Source: Anaerolineae bacterium
GTDB taxonomy: Bacteria > Chloroflexota > Anaerolineae > S140-20
Direction: 5' to 3'
DNA length: 64,000 nt
Assembly (NCBI GenBank): GCA_027021705.1
Contig: JALUTT010000120.1
Span: 1 to 64,000, forward strand
Shown: positions 1 to 9,308 of the stretch, one piece after another
How the letters are laid out: the number at the start of each line of letters is the position of its first letter
Numbering within the stretch: the stretch's first letter is position 1
Notes under the pieces: generated by a model
Told to the model about the DNA's origin: nothing
What the model saw: the letters and a program-made list of their open reading frames with translations, nothing else
Database searches by the model: none
Translations under genes and position numbers: made by a program

Positions 1-117
1 TGCCCGCTGGAGTTGGCCGGCTACGACATCAGCCAGGTGCCGATGGCTTCCCTTTGCGCCGGCCTGAGCGTTGTCTGGCCTTTGGAGGCAACTCAGAATG
101 ATGTCCCAAACTCGTGA
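1..117 (+). CDS. 3' end of a gene entering from the left edge (unidentified)
   Basis: Frame 1 is open from base 1 to TGA at 115-117 (CPLELAGYDISQVPM...); too short to assign. Confidence 0.3.
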   Translation, partial: CPLELAGYDISQVPMASLCAGLSVVWPLEATQNDVPNS

Positions 118-134
118 CGGTCGCTTTTGTCCTC

Positions 135-163
135 TTGCCCCCCCTTTTTCTCCATGCTATAAT
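135..163 (+). promoter_or_regulatory. Sigma-70-type promoter for the TA pair
   Basis: TTGCCC-17 bp-TATAAT with TGn extended -10. Confidence 0.6.
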
Positions 164-250
164 GGCCTGGCGGTTCCTATGCCAAGGCCGAGGAAGCGGG
201 GCAACCTGGGCTTCGATGCCACTCTTTTGCTTTCGCGAGGAGGGAGGAGG

Positions 251-490
251 ATGACAGCCGTTGGTGTGTATGAGGCGAGGACCCATTTCGCGAGACTGAT
301 TGAGCGCGTGGAGCGAGGCGAGCGTATCGTCATCACCCGTCACGGGGTGCCGGTGGCCGTCTTGCATCCTGTGGAAGAAGCGCCGGTCCTTCCCCCTGAG
401 CAGGTCATCGCCAGCCTCAAAGCCTTCCGTCAAGGCCGTCGTCTGGAGGGGCTGTCCGTGCGGGAGATCATCGAAGAAGGACGACAATAG
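251..490 (+). CDS. Phd/YefM-family antitoxin
   Basis: MTAVGVYEARTHFARLIERVERGERIVITRHGVPVAVL is a Phd pattern; GGAGG precedes the ATG; abuts a PIN toxin. Confidence 0.9.
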   Translation: MTAVGVYEARTHFARLIERVERGERIVITRHGVPVAVLHPVEEAPVLPPEQVIASLKAFRQGRRLEGLSVREIIEEGRQ

Positions 491-913
491 ATGGGCGAGC
501 AGTTTGTGATTGACGCTTCGGTGGTGATGGCCTGGTGCTTTGAAGACGAAGCTAGCTCGTATGCCGATGCGGTGTTGGAGCGTTTCGCCGAAGCGACGGC
601 CCTTGCCCCAATCATCTGGCCGCTAGAGGTGGGCAATGCGTTGGTGGTGGCCGAGCGGCGTGGGCGCATCACCGCTGCTGAAACGGTACGCTTTCTGAGC
701 CTCTTGCAGCAATTGCCCATTGCGGTGGAAGGAGAGACAGCGTCCCGTGTCTTTGGAGAAATCCTAGCCCTGGCCCGGGAACAGCGGCTTTCTACCTACG
801 ACGCGGCCTACTTGGACTTGGCGATGCGTGCCGGCCTGCCGCTAGCCACCCAGGACGCTGCCCTGCGTCAGGCGGCAGCGCGATGCGGCGTGTTGGTATA
901 TCTGGAAGGTTGA
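491..913 (+). CDS. vapC: VapC-family PIN-domain toxin
   Basis: VIDASV...EVGNAL...YDAAYLDLA...LATQD PIN acidic residues; directly after the antitoxin. Confidence 0.9.
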   Translation: MGEQFVIDASVVMAWCFEDEASSYADAVLERFAEATALAPIIWPLEVGNALVVAERRGRITAAETVRFLSLLQQLPIAVEGETASRVFGEILALAREQRLSTYDAAYLDLAMRAGLPLATQDAALRQAAARCGVLVYLEG

Positions 914-951
914 GTTCTCGGTTAGGTCAGGTCCTGTAGCCTGTTGCACCC

Positions 952-2418
952 TCACGGACCCCGCCAGGGCATCGGGGGAACGGCAGCCGGCTGCCCGTAG
1001 GGACCGGCGGCCAGGTCGTCCCAGTACCCCCGGCTGTTCAGCGCCGTGTAGGAGAAGAGCAGGTGACCGGCAGCGCCCAGGGAACGGGCCGCTTCGATGC
1101 GCCGGACGATCTCGTCGAAATCGGTGTAGTCGCCGCTGATGCCGGCGTAGACGTGACGACCGCCGCTGTGGGCCAGGTGGTCGGCCAGCAGCGTGCGGAA
1201 GCCCTCCAGCGTCCAAGCGGGGCCGGAGTCGCCGGTCTCCACCGGGTAGAGCATCGGTACCGTCGCGTCCAGCAACCCCGCCTCCAGCCAGCCCTGGGCG
1301 TCCTGGTAGAAGTCGCCGTAGCCCTCGCTGACACCCCAGCCCCATCGGTCCCGGTAGACCGGCCAGACGGCGGCGGAGACCCGGAGATCGGGCCGGATCG
1401 CCGTCGTTCGGCTGTAGACCCGGCGCACCAGGTCGGTCACCCGATCCCGCTGCCACTGCTCGTAGGGGAGCGTGGTCGAGAGGGGGGCGTAGGCGGCCAG
1501 GCTGAAGGGATCGTGGCTGTACTGGGCGTTGGCGTAGCGGACCAGGTCCAGGTGCAGCCCATCCAGCGGGTAGCGAGTCACCAGGTCAACGGCCACGGCC
1601 ACCACGTGGTCCCGCAGCTCGTCCAGGCCGGGGCTGGCCCAGAGGTAGGAGGCGTTGAGGAGCATCGGCTGGCCGCTGCGGTCCCACTGGCGCCAGTCGA
1701 AGCCGTACCCACGGTCGTAGGTGAGCCAGTTGAAGAGGTGCTCCGGCGCGACAGGGCGAGGCGGAGGCGTCTCCCCCAGCCAGGCCGGGTAGACGTTGAG
1801 GTAGGCGTGGACCTCCAGGCCGGCCTGGTGGGCCTTCTCGATCATCCGGGCCAGCGGATCCCAGCCGGGGTCCTGGCCTAGCGTCTCCCCGTTGCTGCCG
1901 GTCAGCCGGGCGGCCCAGGGCTCCAGGCCGGGCGAGTAGTAGGCGTCGCCGTGAGCGCGTACCTGGAAGAAGATGGCGTTGAAGCCGGCACCGGCGACGT
2001 TGGCCACCATCGCATCTATACGGGCGGGGTCGGCCGGCTCGCCGTAGCGGGTCCAGTCGTAGCGGTGGATCCAGATGCCCCGCATCTCGTAGCGGGGAGC
2101 GCTGCCCCCCAGGACGAGGGGCAGGTAGACCGAGCGGGTGAGGCCCAGCGTCCCGCTCAGGGTGAGGGGGCCGGTCGCCGGCCAGAAGGGGGAGGGGGCG
2201 GCCGGTGGCGGGGCCAGGTCGTAGCCCCGACGGAGGTACCAGGCCTCGGCCCGCCCAGCCAGGGCGGCCAGCCGCTCCCCTTCCGTGATCGGCGGTCGGG
2301 GAGAGGGAGCGGCCCGCGAGGGCCCGGCGCGGTGCATCATCCCGGCGATGCCGCCGAGGAGGAGCAGCGACAGGAGCAGGATGCCGGCCAGGTGTACAGT
2401 GGAGCGCGTTGTCTTCAT
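952..2418 (-). CDS. Secreted glycosyl hydrolase-like family 10 (GHL10/YddW-like) protein
   Basis: Signal peptide; EMRGIW, FNAIFFQVR, LEVHAY, YPLDGLHLDLVRY, PMLY motifs. Confidence 0.85.
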   Translation of the reverse strand: MKTTRSTVHLAGILLLSLLLLGGIAGMMHRAGPSRAAPSPRPPITEGERLAALAGRAEAWYLRRGYDLAPPPAAPSPFWPATGPLTLSGTLGLTRSVYLPLVLGGSAPRYEMRGIWIHRYDWTRYGEPADPARIDAMVANVAGAGFNAIFFQVRAHGDAYYSPGLEPWAARLTGSNGETLGQDPGWDPLARMIEKAHQAGLEVHAYLNVYPAWLGETPPPRPVAPEHLFNWLTYDRGYGFDWRQWDRSGQPMLLNASYLWASPGLDELRDHVVAVAVDLVTRYPLDGLHLDLVRYANAQYSHDPFSLAAYAPLSTTLPYEQWQRDRVTDLVRRVYSRTTAIRPDLRVSAAVWPVYRDRWGWGVSEGYGDFYQDAQGWLEAGLLDATVPMLYPVETGDSGPAWTLEGFRTLLADHLAHSGGRHVYAGISGDYTDFDEIVRRIEAARSLGAAGHLLFSYTALNSRGYWDDLAAGPYGQPAAVPPMPWRGP

Positions 2419-2550
2419 CCCTCGTCCATCCCGTTTCACGCAGTGGGCAACGGGCAACCCGTACTTTGTAACAGGCCATAGTATAGCACAGCCACGCCGG
2501 CTTCACCAGCTTCCTCCGGCTGTGGGCAGGGCTTTTCATGCTCCCTTGTC

Positions 2551-2646
2551 ACCCTCCCGCAGGTCACGCCGTGTCGGCGACAGCCATAGCTTATCGGAGG
2601 CTGCCGACGACACGCTTCGGGCCGTGGGGAGGGCCTGCGGGAGGGT
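2551..2646. repeat. MITE/REP-like element, family A (IR ACCCTCCCGCAGG...CCTGCGGGAGGGT)
   Basis: 13-bp inverted repeats; interior similar to copies at 32529, 37471 and 59517. Confidence 0.85.
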
Positions 2647-2681
2647 ATGAAAAGCCCCGGCTGTGGGAAGGATCACCGGCT

Positions 2682-2948
2682 ATGGCTGAGTTCATAGACG
2701 AGGAAATCGAGGTCCGTCTCGCCGGGAAACCCGGCCTCCCAGAGGCTTTCGTCTGGCGAGGGACGGAGTACGAGATCGTAGAGGTCCTGGAGGTGCGGAG
2801 GATCTTGGACCTCCGCACGGCTTGGTGGCGGAGGAGGCATCGAGACTACTACGTGGTGAGGACCGACTCGGGGGAAACCTTCGAACTCTACCACCACCGA
2901 GGGCCGGGCAAACGGTATTGGGTTTTGTACAGGAAACTGGGCGCGTAG
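2682..2948 (+). CDS. DUF6504-like small protein
   Basis: PEAFVWRGTEYEI...WW...YYVVRT..GETFELY...W pattern. Confidence 0.7.
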   Translation: MAEFIDEEIEVRLAGKPGLPEAFVWRGTEYEIVEVLEVRRILDLRTAWWRRRHRDYYVVRTDSGETFELYHHRGPGKRYWVLYRKLGA

Positions 2949-2987
2949 AGGATCGTGAGTGGGTGTTATTGGTGAGGAGGTGTTGCG

Positions 2988-4133
2988 ATGGCCCTTTCTC
3001 GGTTTGCTTTCGGAGAACGGAGGTTCCATTCCGCGGGTACTGAGCTGGGGGAGAGCAGGGAGGATCGGGTATCTAGAGGCCTGGCGGAGGGGGTGACCCG
3101 GCGCGACTTCTTGAAGTCGGCCGGCCTGGCCTTGGGGGCGCTGTGGTTTCCCCATCCTCCTGGCGAGCGGGTGCTCCCTTCCCGGCGGAAACCCCGAGGG
3201 TGGGGGCGAGTGGCGGTTTCGGGCCTCCGGCTGCACGAGGAGCCCAGCCGGCGCTCCCGGTCGGTGGACTGGTTGCCGAGGGATACCGTCGTCCCCATCT
3301 TCGCCGAGGTTGAGGGGGAGGCCTACCTGCCCCACAACGCCATCTGGTTCGAGACGGAAGGGGGCTACCTCTATTCATCGTGGGTTCAGCCGGTGCGCCG
3401 AGATTACCACTGGCGCTGGCGGACCCGCATTCCTGAGGCGGGGCTGTGGGGGCAGATCACGGTGCCCTACGCCGATACCCATCGCCGGCCCGACGAGGAG
3501 TCGCCCGTCGTCTACCGCCTCTACTACAGTTCCGTCCACCGCATCGTCGCCGCTGAGCGGGACAGCCGGGGCTACATCTGGTATCGTTTGCGGGATGACC
3601 TGATGCCCGGGCTGGTCCAGTGGGTACTGGCCTACAACGTGCGCATCATTCCCTACACGGAGCTCACCCCGATCTCCTTGGGCGTGCCCGACAAGTGGAT
3701 CGAGGTGCACCTAAAGGAGCAGCGGTTGGTCGCCTACGAGGGCAAGCGGGAGGTCTTCACCTGTCGGGTCTCGACGGGGACCATCTTTCGGGACGCTGTG
3801 GGTGGTTTGCGTGACTTCAGGACGCCGGTGGGCAATCACCAGGTGATCCGCAAGACAGCCTCGCGCCATATGCGTGGGGGGACGCCGGGCGTGGACTTCT
3901 ACGATCTGCCAGGGGTGCCCTTCACCACCTACTTCACCTGGACGGGGGTGGCTATCCACGGCACCTACTGGCACAACGACTTCGGCCGGCCGCGCAGCCA
4001 CGGCTGTGTCAACGCGCCCACCGACGCAGCCCTGTGGGTATTCCGCTGGACGACCCCTTACGTCCCCTATCGGGAACAGGTCGTCTACGCCCGAAACGGG
4101 GGAGGGACACCCGTCGCCGTTGTGGGGGCATAG
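2988..4133 (+). CDS. Tat-exported L,D-transpeptidase (YkuD domain)
   Basis: TRRDFLK twin-arginine signal; AIHGTYW...SHGCVN catalytic motif. Confidence 0.9.
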   Translation: MALSRFAFGERRFHSAGTELGESREDRVSRGLAEGVTRRDFLKSAGLALGALWFPHPPGERVLPSRRKPRGWGRVAVSGLRLHEEPSRRSRSVDWLPRDTVVPIFAEVEGEAYLPHNAIWFETEGGYLYSSWVQPVRRDYHWRWRTRIPEAGLWGQITVPYADTHRRPDEESPVVYRLYYSSVHRIVAAERDSRGYIWYRLRDDLMPGLVQWVLAYNVRIIPYTELTPISLGVPDKWIEVHLKEQRLVAYEGKREVFTCRVSTGTIFRDAVGGLRDFRTPVGNHQVIRKTASRHMRGGTPGVDFYDLPGVPFTTYFTWTGVAIHGTYWHNDFGRPRSHGCVNAPTDAALWVFRWTTPYVPYREQVVYARNGGGTPVAVVGA

Positions 4134-4336
4134 TCACGTTAACACCATACGGACACAAGCGGGGAGGCAGGCGCCGGCATAGCCCGATTTATAGTGTGGT
4201 ACGGGCGGCAAGGCGATCGGCATAGCGGGTGATCTCGACAGTTTTCGTAGCCATCGTTCCCGCCCTTCTCTACGCTTTTACGCAGCGTCGGTGTGCCCAG
4301 TATACCACGCCGATCGCTTCCAGGTAATAGGAGTGG

Positions 4337-5326
4337 ATGGTGCTTATCCTTGCATTGGCCGTTGGGGTTTTCGCCCTCATCGTTGTGGCCAACCTGGCCG
4401 AGCAGTGGGCCTGGGCCCGGTGGCTCGTCCAGGCGGCCCTGCTGGCGGTAGACCTCACCTTGGTTGTCGCCGCTGCGAGCCTCTTGGTCCGCTCGGCCAC
4501 GGGACCGCTTCCGCCAATCGTGGAAGGGGCCGGTCCTCCCAACGCCTCGGTCCTTCTCCTGGCCCTCTGGGGGAGCGCTCTGGGCACGACGTTGGTCCTC
4601 TGGACCCCCTTCCGCCGCCTCCTGGCCCGCTTCCTGGCGGTCCGCGCCGACTCCCCTCTGCACACGACGGCCCTGGCCCTCGCCGTCTGGGCGGTCGGCT
4701 GGGTGGTCTGGCAGTGGGGGGCCATCGGGGGGACGGCCGGTCTGGGCCGGGGTGATCTTCGGGTGAGCAGCGCCGACCTCCTGCTCACGGCGGTCCTGAC
4801 CTTCACGGCCGCGCTTCTAGGCGTGGGATGGGGCACCCGACGGAGTGGACGGGCGGTACTGGAGCGGTTGGCCCTGCGCCTTCCCCGCCGGCGCCACTGG
4901 CGATTGGCCGCGAGCGCCACCGTCCTGCTCCTCGGTGCCCAGTGGGTGATGTCCGCCTTCTGGTTCGCCTTCTCGCCGGAGAGCCTGGAGCAGTTCGGTG
5001 AGGTCTCCCGGGCGCTCTTCGGGGGCTTCACCTCGTTGGAGGGAGCCCTGCTGGCCTCGGTTCTGCCCGCCTTCAGCGAAGAGATCCTCTTCCGGGGGGC
5101 GTTGCAGCCACGTTTCCGCCTGCTCCCCACGGCGGCCCTCTTCGCCGTCGTCCACGTTCAGTACCTCTTCTCCCCTGCCACCCTCCTCATCTTCGTCGTC
5201 GGCATTGGGCTGGGGCTGGTGCGGCGTCAGGGCGACACGACGGCCAGCATCCTGACCCACTTCGGCTACAACTTCGTCAACCTGCTCCTGGCTATGCTGG
5301 CTTCCCAGGCCGGCCTAGGAGGATAA
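4337..5326 (+). CDS. CPBP/Abi-family intramembrane metalloprotease
   Basis: Multiple TM helices; EEILFRG, FAVVH, HFGYN motifs. Confidence 0.9.
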   Translation: MVLILALAVGVFALIVVANLAEQWAWARWLVQAALLAVDLTLVVAAASLLVRSATGPLPPIVEGAGPPNASVLLLALWGSALGTTLVLWTPFRRLLARFLAVRADSPLHTTALALAVWAVGWVVWQWGAIGGTAGLGRGDLRVSSADLLLTAVLTFTAALLGVGWGTRRSGRAVLERLALRLPRRRHWRLAASATVLLLGAQWVMSAFWFAFSPESLEQFGEVSRALFGGFTSLEGALLASVLPAFSEEILFRGALQPRFRLLPTAALFAVVHVQYLFSPATLLIFVVGIGLGLVRRQGDTTASILTHFGYNFVNLLLAMLASQAGLGG

Positions 5327-5400
5327 GGGTCGGGGAGCTGACGGGTGGGGCGGGTTGGATGTCGGGGAGTCCTGGGGGGCTTGGAACGATGGGGGGTGAT

Positions 5401-6297
5401 TCACGCAGGAAAGGACCTCTTCCCGATTAAAGCGACCCAATCTCCGCTCCGTCGCTTCTCAACCAAGGAAATCCCGCCTTGCTGAAGGGCCTGGGCCACT
5501 TCACCTTCCTGCCCCTGGACGATACCTGTGACCACCAGGTCGCCCCCCGGCTTCAGTCGTCTGGAGAGGCCCGCCCGGGCCATCCCGATGATCACGCGGG
5601 CCACGATGTTCACCAGCACCAAATCGTACCGATCGCCTGCCTCGGCCAGGGATCCCAAACGGACGCTGACCACGTCGGCCACGCCGTTGATCTCCACATT
5701 CTGTCGGGCGATGCGGACGGCCAGAGGATCGGTGTCCACGGCCAGGACGGAGGCAGCCCCCAATCGAGCGGCGGCGATGGCCAGGATGCCGGAGCCGGTC
5801 CCCAGGTCTAGGACGGTCGCACCCGGGCGCAGGCGTTCCTCCAGAAACTCCAAACAGAGGCGGGTGGTGGGATGTAGCCCGGTGCCGAAGGCCATGCCTG
5901 GGTCCAGCTCAATCACCACCTCCTCGGACGTCACTTCCGCTTCCTGCCAAGTCGGCTTGATCAGCAGGCGGCGTCCGACCCGAAGAGGGTGGAAGTGGGT
6001 CTTCCAGGCTTCGGCCCAGTCCTCCTCTCGGATGGGGCGGAAAGTAGGGGAGGGGATGGGGGAGATCTGTCCTAGATGCCAGAGCCCTTCTTCGATGCGC
6101 CGGCGTACTTGGGGCGTGTCCAGATGGGGGGGGAGGTAGGCCCGCACGGTGATGGGACCGTTGGGGAAGCCCGCCGGGCCGGTCTCCAGGGCGACGCCGC
6201 CAGGGGCGTACTGGCTCAGCAGGTCCGCCACCGCCTCCGCTGCCTCTCCGTCCACTGTGACCGTCACTTCCAGCCAGACCCTGCTTTCTCGCTCCAT
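5401..6297 (-). CDS. prmA: Ribosomal protein L11 methyltransferase
   Basis: EEDWAEAWK, DPGMAFGTGLHPTT, VLDLGTGSGILAI; AGGAGGAG SD before MERES. Confidence 0.95.
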   Translation of the reverse strand: MERESRVWLEVTVTVDGEAAEAVADLLSQYAPGGVALETGPAGFPNGPITVRAYLPPHLDTPQVRRRIEEGLWHLGQISPIPSPTFRPIREEDWAEAWKTHFHPLRVGRRLLIKPTWQEAEVTSEEVVIELDPGMAFGTGLHPTTRLCLEFLEERLRPGATVLDLGTGSGILAIAAARLGAASVLAVDTDPLAVRIARQNVEINGVADVVSVRLGSLAEAGDRYDLVLVNIVARVIIGMARAGLSRRLKPGGDLVVTGIVQGQEGEVAQALQQGGISLVEKRRSGDWVALIGKRSFPA

Positions 6298-6350
6298 AGC
6301 TATCTCCTCCTGCTGAAGTTTAGCACCCTCTCCTCCAAGGGACAAGTACC

Positions 6351-6502
6351 GGTGATTACCCATATCTTGGAGATAGGGAGACTAGCCGTCCACGAATGGG
6401 GCACGAATACGCGAGTTAAGGACCGCCTCATTCGTGCACTTGTGAGAAATTCGTGGATGGCCTGCTACGGACCACTCTCTCGCTCACTTGTGGGTAGTCA
6501 CC
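6351..6502. mobile_element. 152-bp MITE-like element, family C (TIR GGTGATTACCCA/TGGGTAGTCACC; internal CACGAA/TTCGTG palindromes)
   Basis: Terminal inverted repeats; second same-length copy at 37883-38034. Confidence 0.8.
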
Positions 6503-6646
6503 GCACAAGTAGAGGCATTTGGCAGATTGTCCCATCTCCTGCTGCTCACGAGGGGGCGCGAATCCCCGATCGGCGCTTGACGTCTCCGCTGCTTGCCGGT
6601 ACAATTCCTTGAAAAGGGAAAGGGAAAAGGAAGGTTGCGAAAGGTG

Positions 6647-8032
6647 ATGTTGAAGTACCACGTGTGGACGATCGGTTGCCAGATGAACGTGGCCGATTCC
6701 CAGCGGCTGGCCTCGGCGCTGGAGAAGCTGGGCTATCAGCACGCGCCAAGGGCCGAGGAGGCCGACATTATCGTCCTCAACACCTGCGTCGTCCGACAGC
6801 AAGCGGAGGACAAGGTCTACGGTCGGCTCGGCTCCCTCAAACCGCTGAAAGAGCGCCATCCCGACAAGATCATCGGGTTGATGGGCTGTCTGGTCGGGGT
6901 GCGTGATCCGGCCCCTCTGCGAAAACGCTTCCCCTGGGTGGATGTCTTCATGCCCCCTTCGGAACCTGGTCCGCTGCTGGACTACTTGGGCGAGCGGGGG
7001 ATGATTGACCCCGGTCAGGCGCTGGAGCTGGGCCAGACCACCCATCGCCACCGCCTTCAGGATGAGGAGTTGGTCCTGCCGGCCCACGAGCGGGGCCGCC
7101 TGGTCTCCGCCCACGTACCCGTCGTCTACGGCTGCTCCCATGCTTGCACCTTCTGCATCATCCCCTTCCGCCGAGGCGTCGAGCGGAGCCGTCGGGTGGG
7201 TGAGATCGTGGCCGAAGTCCGTTCCCTGGCCGCCCAAGGCGTCCGGGAGGTCACGCTGCTGGGGCAGATCGTGGACCGCTACGGGATGGATATTCCCGAC
7301 GGCCCTTCGCTGGCCGGCCTGCTGCGGGCGGTCCACGAGGTGGAAGGGATCGAGCGCATCCGCTTCCTCACCAGCCATCCCAACTGGATGAACGACGAGT
7401 TGCTGGAGGCGGTGGCCGAGTTGCCTAAGGTCTGTGAGCACATCGAAGTGCCGGTCCAGGCCGGAGACGATGAGGTCCTGGCTCGGATGAAGCGGGGCTA
7501 TACGGTGGATGACTACCGCCGGCTCATCGCCCGCATCCGGGAAACGGTCCCCGGCGTCGCCATCGCCACCGACGTCATCGTCGGCTTCCCCGGAGAGACA
7601 GAAGCCCAGTTCCAACACACCTACGACCTGCTGGCCGAGCTGAAGCTGGACAAGGCCCACATTGCCAAGTACTCCCCCCGCCCTCAGACGGTCGCCGCCC
7701 GCAAGATGGCTGACGACGTGCCGCCGGAGGAGAAGGAGCGCCGGCGCAAGGCCCTGGATGCGCTCCAGGAGCAGATCGTCGGTGAGATCAATGCCCGCCT
7801 GCTGGGGCAGACGGTTGAGGTGCTGGTTGAGGGGCAGAAGGGCGGCAAGTGGTACGGGCGGACCCGGACGAACAAGCTGGTCTTCTTCACCGCCGAGGGG
7901 GATTGGCGTGGCCGATTGGTGCCTGTCGAGATCACCTGGACAGGACCCTGGTCGCTCCAGGGGCGGGTCGCCTCATCGGCGTTGGCCCCCGCTGCGTTGC
8001 CAGCGGCCCATAGGGCTGCGGTATCCGTGTGA
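6647..8032 (+). CDS. miaB: tRNA-2-methylthio-N6-dimethylallyladenosine synthase
   Basis: GCQMN, NTCVVR and GC in the UPF0004 domain; CSHACTFC radical SAM motif; C-terminal TRAM domain. Confidence 0.93.
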   Translation: MLKYHVWTIGCQMNVADSQRLASALEKLGYQHAPRAEEADIIVLNTCVVRQQAEDKVYGRLGSLKPLKERHPDKIIGLMGCLVGVRDPAPLRKRFPWVDVFMPPSEPGPLLDYLGERGMIDPGQALELGQTTHRHRLQDEELVLPAHERGRLVSAHVPVVYGCSHACTFCIIPFRRGVERSRRVGEIVAEVRSLAAQGVREVTLLGQIVDRYGMDIPDGPSLAGLLRAVHEVEGIERIRFLTSHPNWMNDELLEAVAELPKVCEHIEVPVQAGDDEVLARMKRGYTVDDYRRLIARIRETVPGVAIATDVIVGFPGETEAQFQHTYDLLAELKLDKAHIAKYSPRPQTVAARKMADDVPPEEKERRRKALDALQEQIVGEINARLLGQTVEVLVEGQKGGKWYGRTRTNKLVFFTAEGDWRGRLVPVEITWTGPWSLQGRVASSALAPAALPAAHRAAVSV

Positions 8033-8130
8033 TCGTTGGGGGTATGGGATGGGCCATCCTCGGTAGGGCGGTTCCACCTCCCTAAACCGCCGGATATGCT
8101 GAACCGGCGGCTGACCGGGCAGATCGCGGG

Positions 8131-9081
8131 TTACGCCGAGGGCCTGTTTGACTGCCTCAGCCATTCCCGGTAAGCGGCCTCCAAGTCCATCCCCACCTCG
8201 TTGGCCAATCGGATCAGGGCAGCCAGGCTGTCCCCCATTGCCTGGTGTAGCGAGGCCCTCTCTCCCTGAGGCTCTGGAGCGGCCAGAGCGGCCCCCAGCC
8301 GCCCAACGGCTTCCGTCAGCTTCAGGAAGGAACGGTAGCGGTCCGAGGGTTCCCCTCCAACGGCCTCCTGGCGCTCCTGCCGGCGCTGGAACTCCCCCAA
8401 CCTGCGCATCCCGGCGAGGTGGGCCGGTTGGGGCAGTCCCATGTGGGGCAGCGGCTGCTGGATAAGCCCCTCGCCCAGCGCGGCCCGAACCTGACCCTCG
8501 ATGGCCGTCAGGGCCTCTGGGTCCCGCACGAAATCCATCCCATCGGTCTCGATGGTGAGCACCGGCGCTTCCTGGTAAGTGGCGAAGAACTGCTCGTAGG
8601 CGATGCGCAGACTCTCGATATAGCCCCGGTCCATCCCTCGCTCGTAAGGCCGGTCCCGAATGGCGATGCGGGCCATCAGAGTCTCCGTTGTGGCCCTCAA
8701 GTAGACGACCAGGTTGGGGGTGGGGATGCGCTCGGCCAGTGCCTCGTGGAGCCGCTCGTAGGTTTCCAGTTCGTCACCATGCAGGTTTAGGTGGGCGAAG
8801 AGGCTATCCTTGGCGAAGGTGTAGTCGGCGATGAGGGGGGCGCGTTGCAAGGCGGCTGGTGCGACCTGGTGGAGCTGTCGGTAGCGGCTCAGCAGGAAGA
8901 AGATCTGGGTCTGGAAGGCGTAGCGGGCCCGGTCGGCGTAGAAGTCGGAGAGAAAGGGATTTTCCTCGAAGACCTCCAGCAGGAGCTCGGCCCCGAAGCG
9001 GGGTTGAAGCAGGCGGGCCAGAGAGGTCTTGCCCACCCCGATGACCCCCTCGATCGCGATGTAAGGATAGGGTTGCGTCAC
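8131..9081 (-). CDS. Deoxynucleoside kinase with degenerate MazG-like C-terminal domain
   Basis: IAIEGVIGVGKTS, ENPFLSDFY, RIAIRDRPYE; GTG start after AAGGAGG; tail FLKLTEAVGRL...GDSLAALIRLANEVGMDLEAA. Confidence 0.85.
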   Translation of the reverse strand: MTQPYPYIAIEGVIGVGKTSLARLLQPRFGAELLLEVFEENPFLSDFYADRARYAFQTQIFFLLSRYRQLHQVAPAALQRAPLIADYTFAKDSLFAHLNLHGDELETYERLHEALAERIPTPNLVVYLRATTETLMARIAIRDRPYERGMDRGYIESLRIAYEQFFATYQEAPVLTIETDGMDFVRDPEALTAIEGQVRAALGEGLIQQPLPHMGLPQPAHLAGMRRLGEFQRRQERQEAVGGEPSDRYRSFLKLTEAVGRLGAALAAPEPQGERASLHQAMGDSLAALIRLANEVGMDLEAAYREWLRQSNRPSA

Positions 9082-9308
9082 AATCGCCTCCTTGTACGGT
9101 GCGGTGTGGCTCTCCAGTCTGTCGGCCGGCCCTGTGGTCATCCGGCGTCTGCGCGTCCCCTTCGGTCGGCCTCAGGCGTTGGCCTGAATTGTATCGTAAC
9201 TTTGGTAGGCCGTCAATGGCTCAACGATGTTTGCAGGACCCTTTGGCCCGCCCCATTGACAGCCTTCTCCCGACGGTGTATCATACCCGCCGGAGGAGGC
9301 AGTCCTGA

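Noticed and set aside
164..250. Hairpins in the TA leader as an SAH-like riboswitch
   Set aside because: Only a partial resemblance (CCGAGGA) and the wrong context; may be an operator.
6320..6346. TTAGCACCC as CIRCE upstream of prmA
   Set aside because: The second half-site is absent.
9082..9190. Structured leader or riboswitch before the deoxynucleoside kinase
   Set aside because: Short GC stems are expected by chance; no recognisable consensus.
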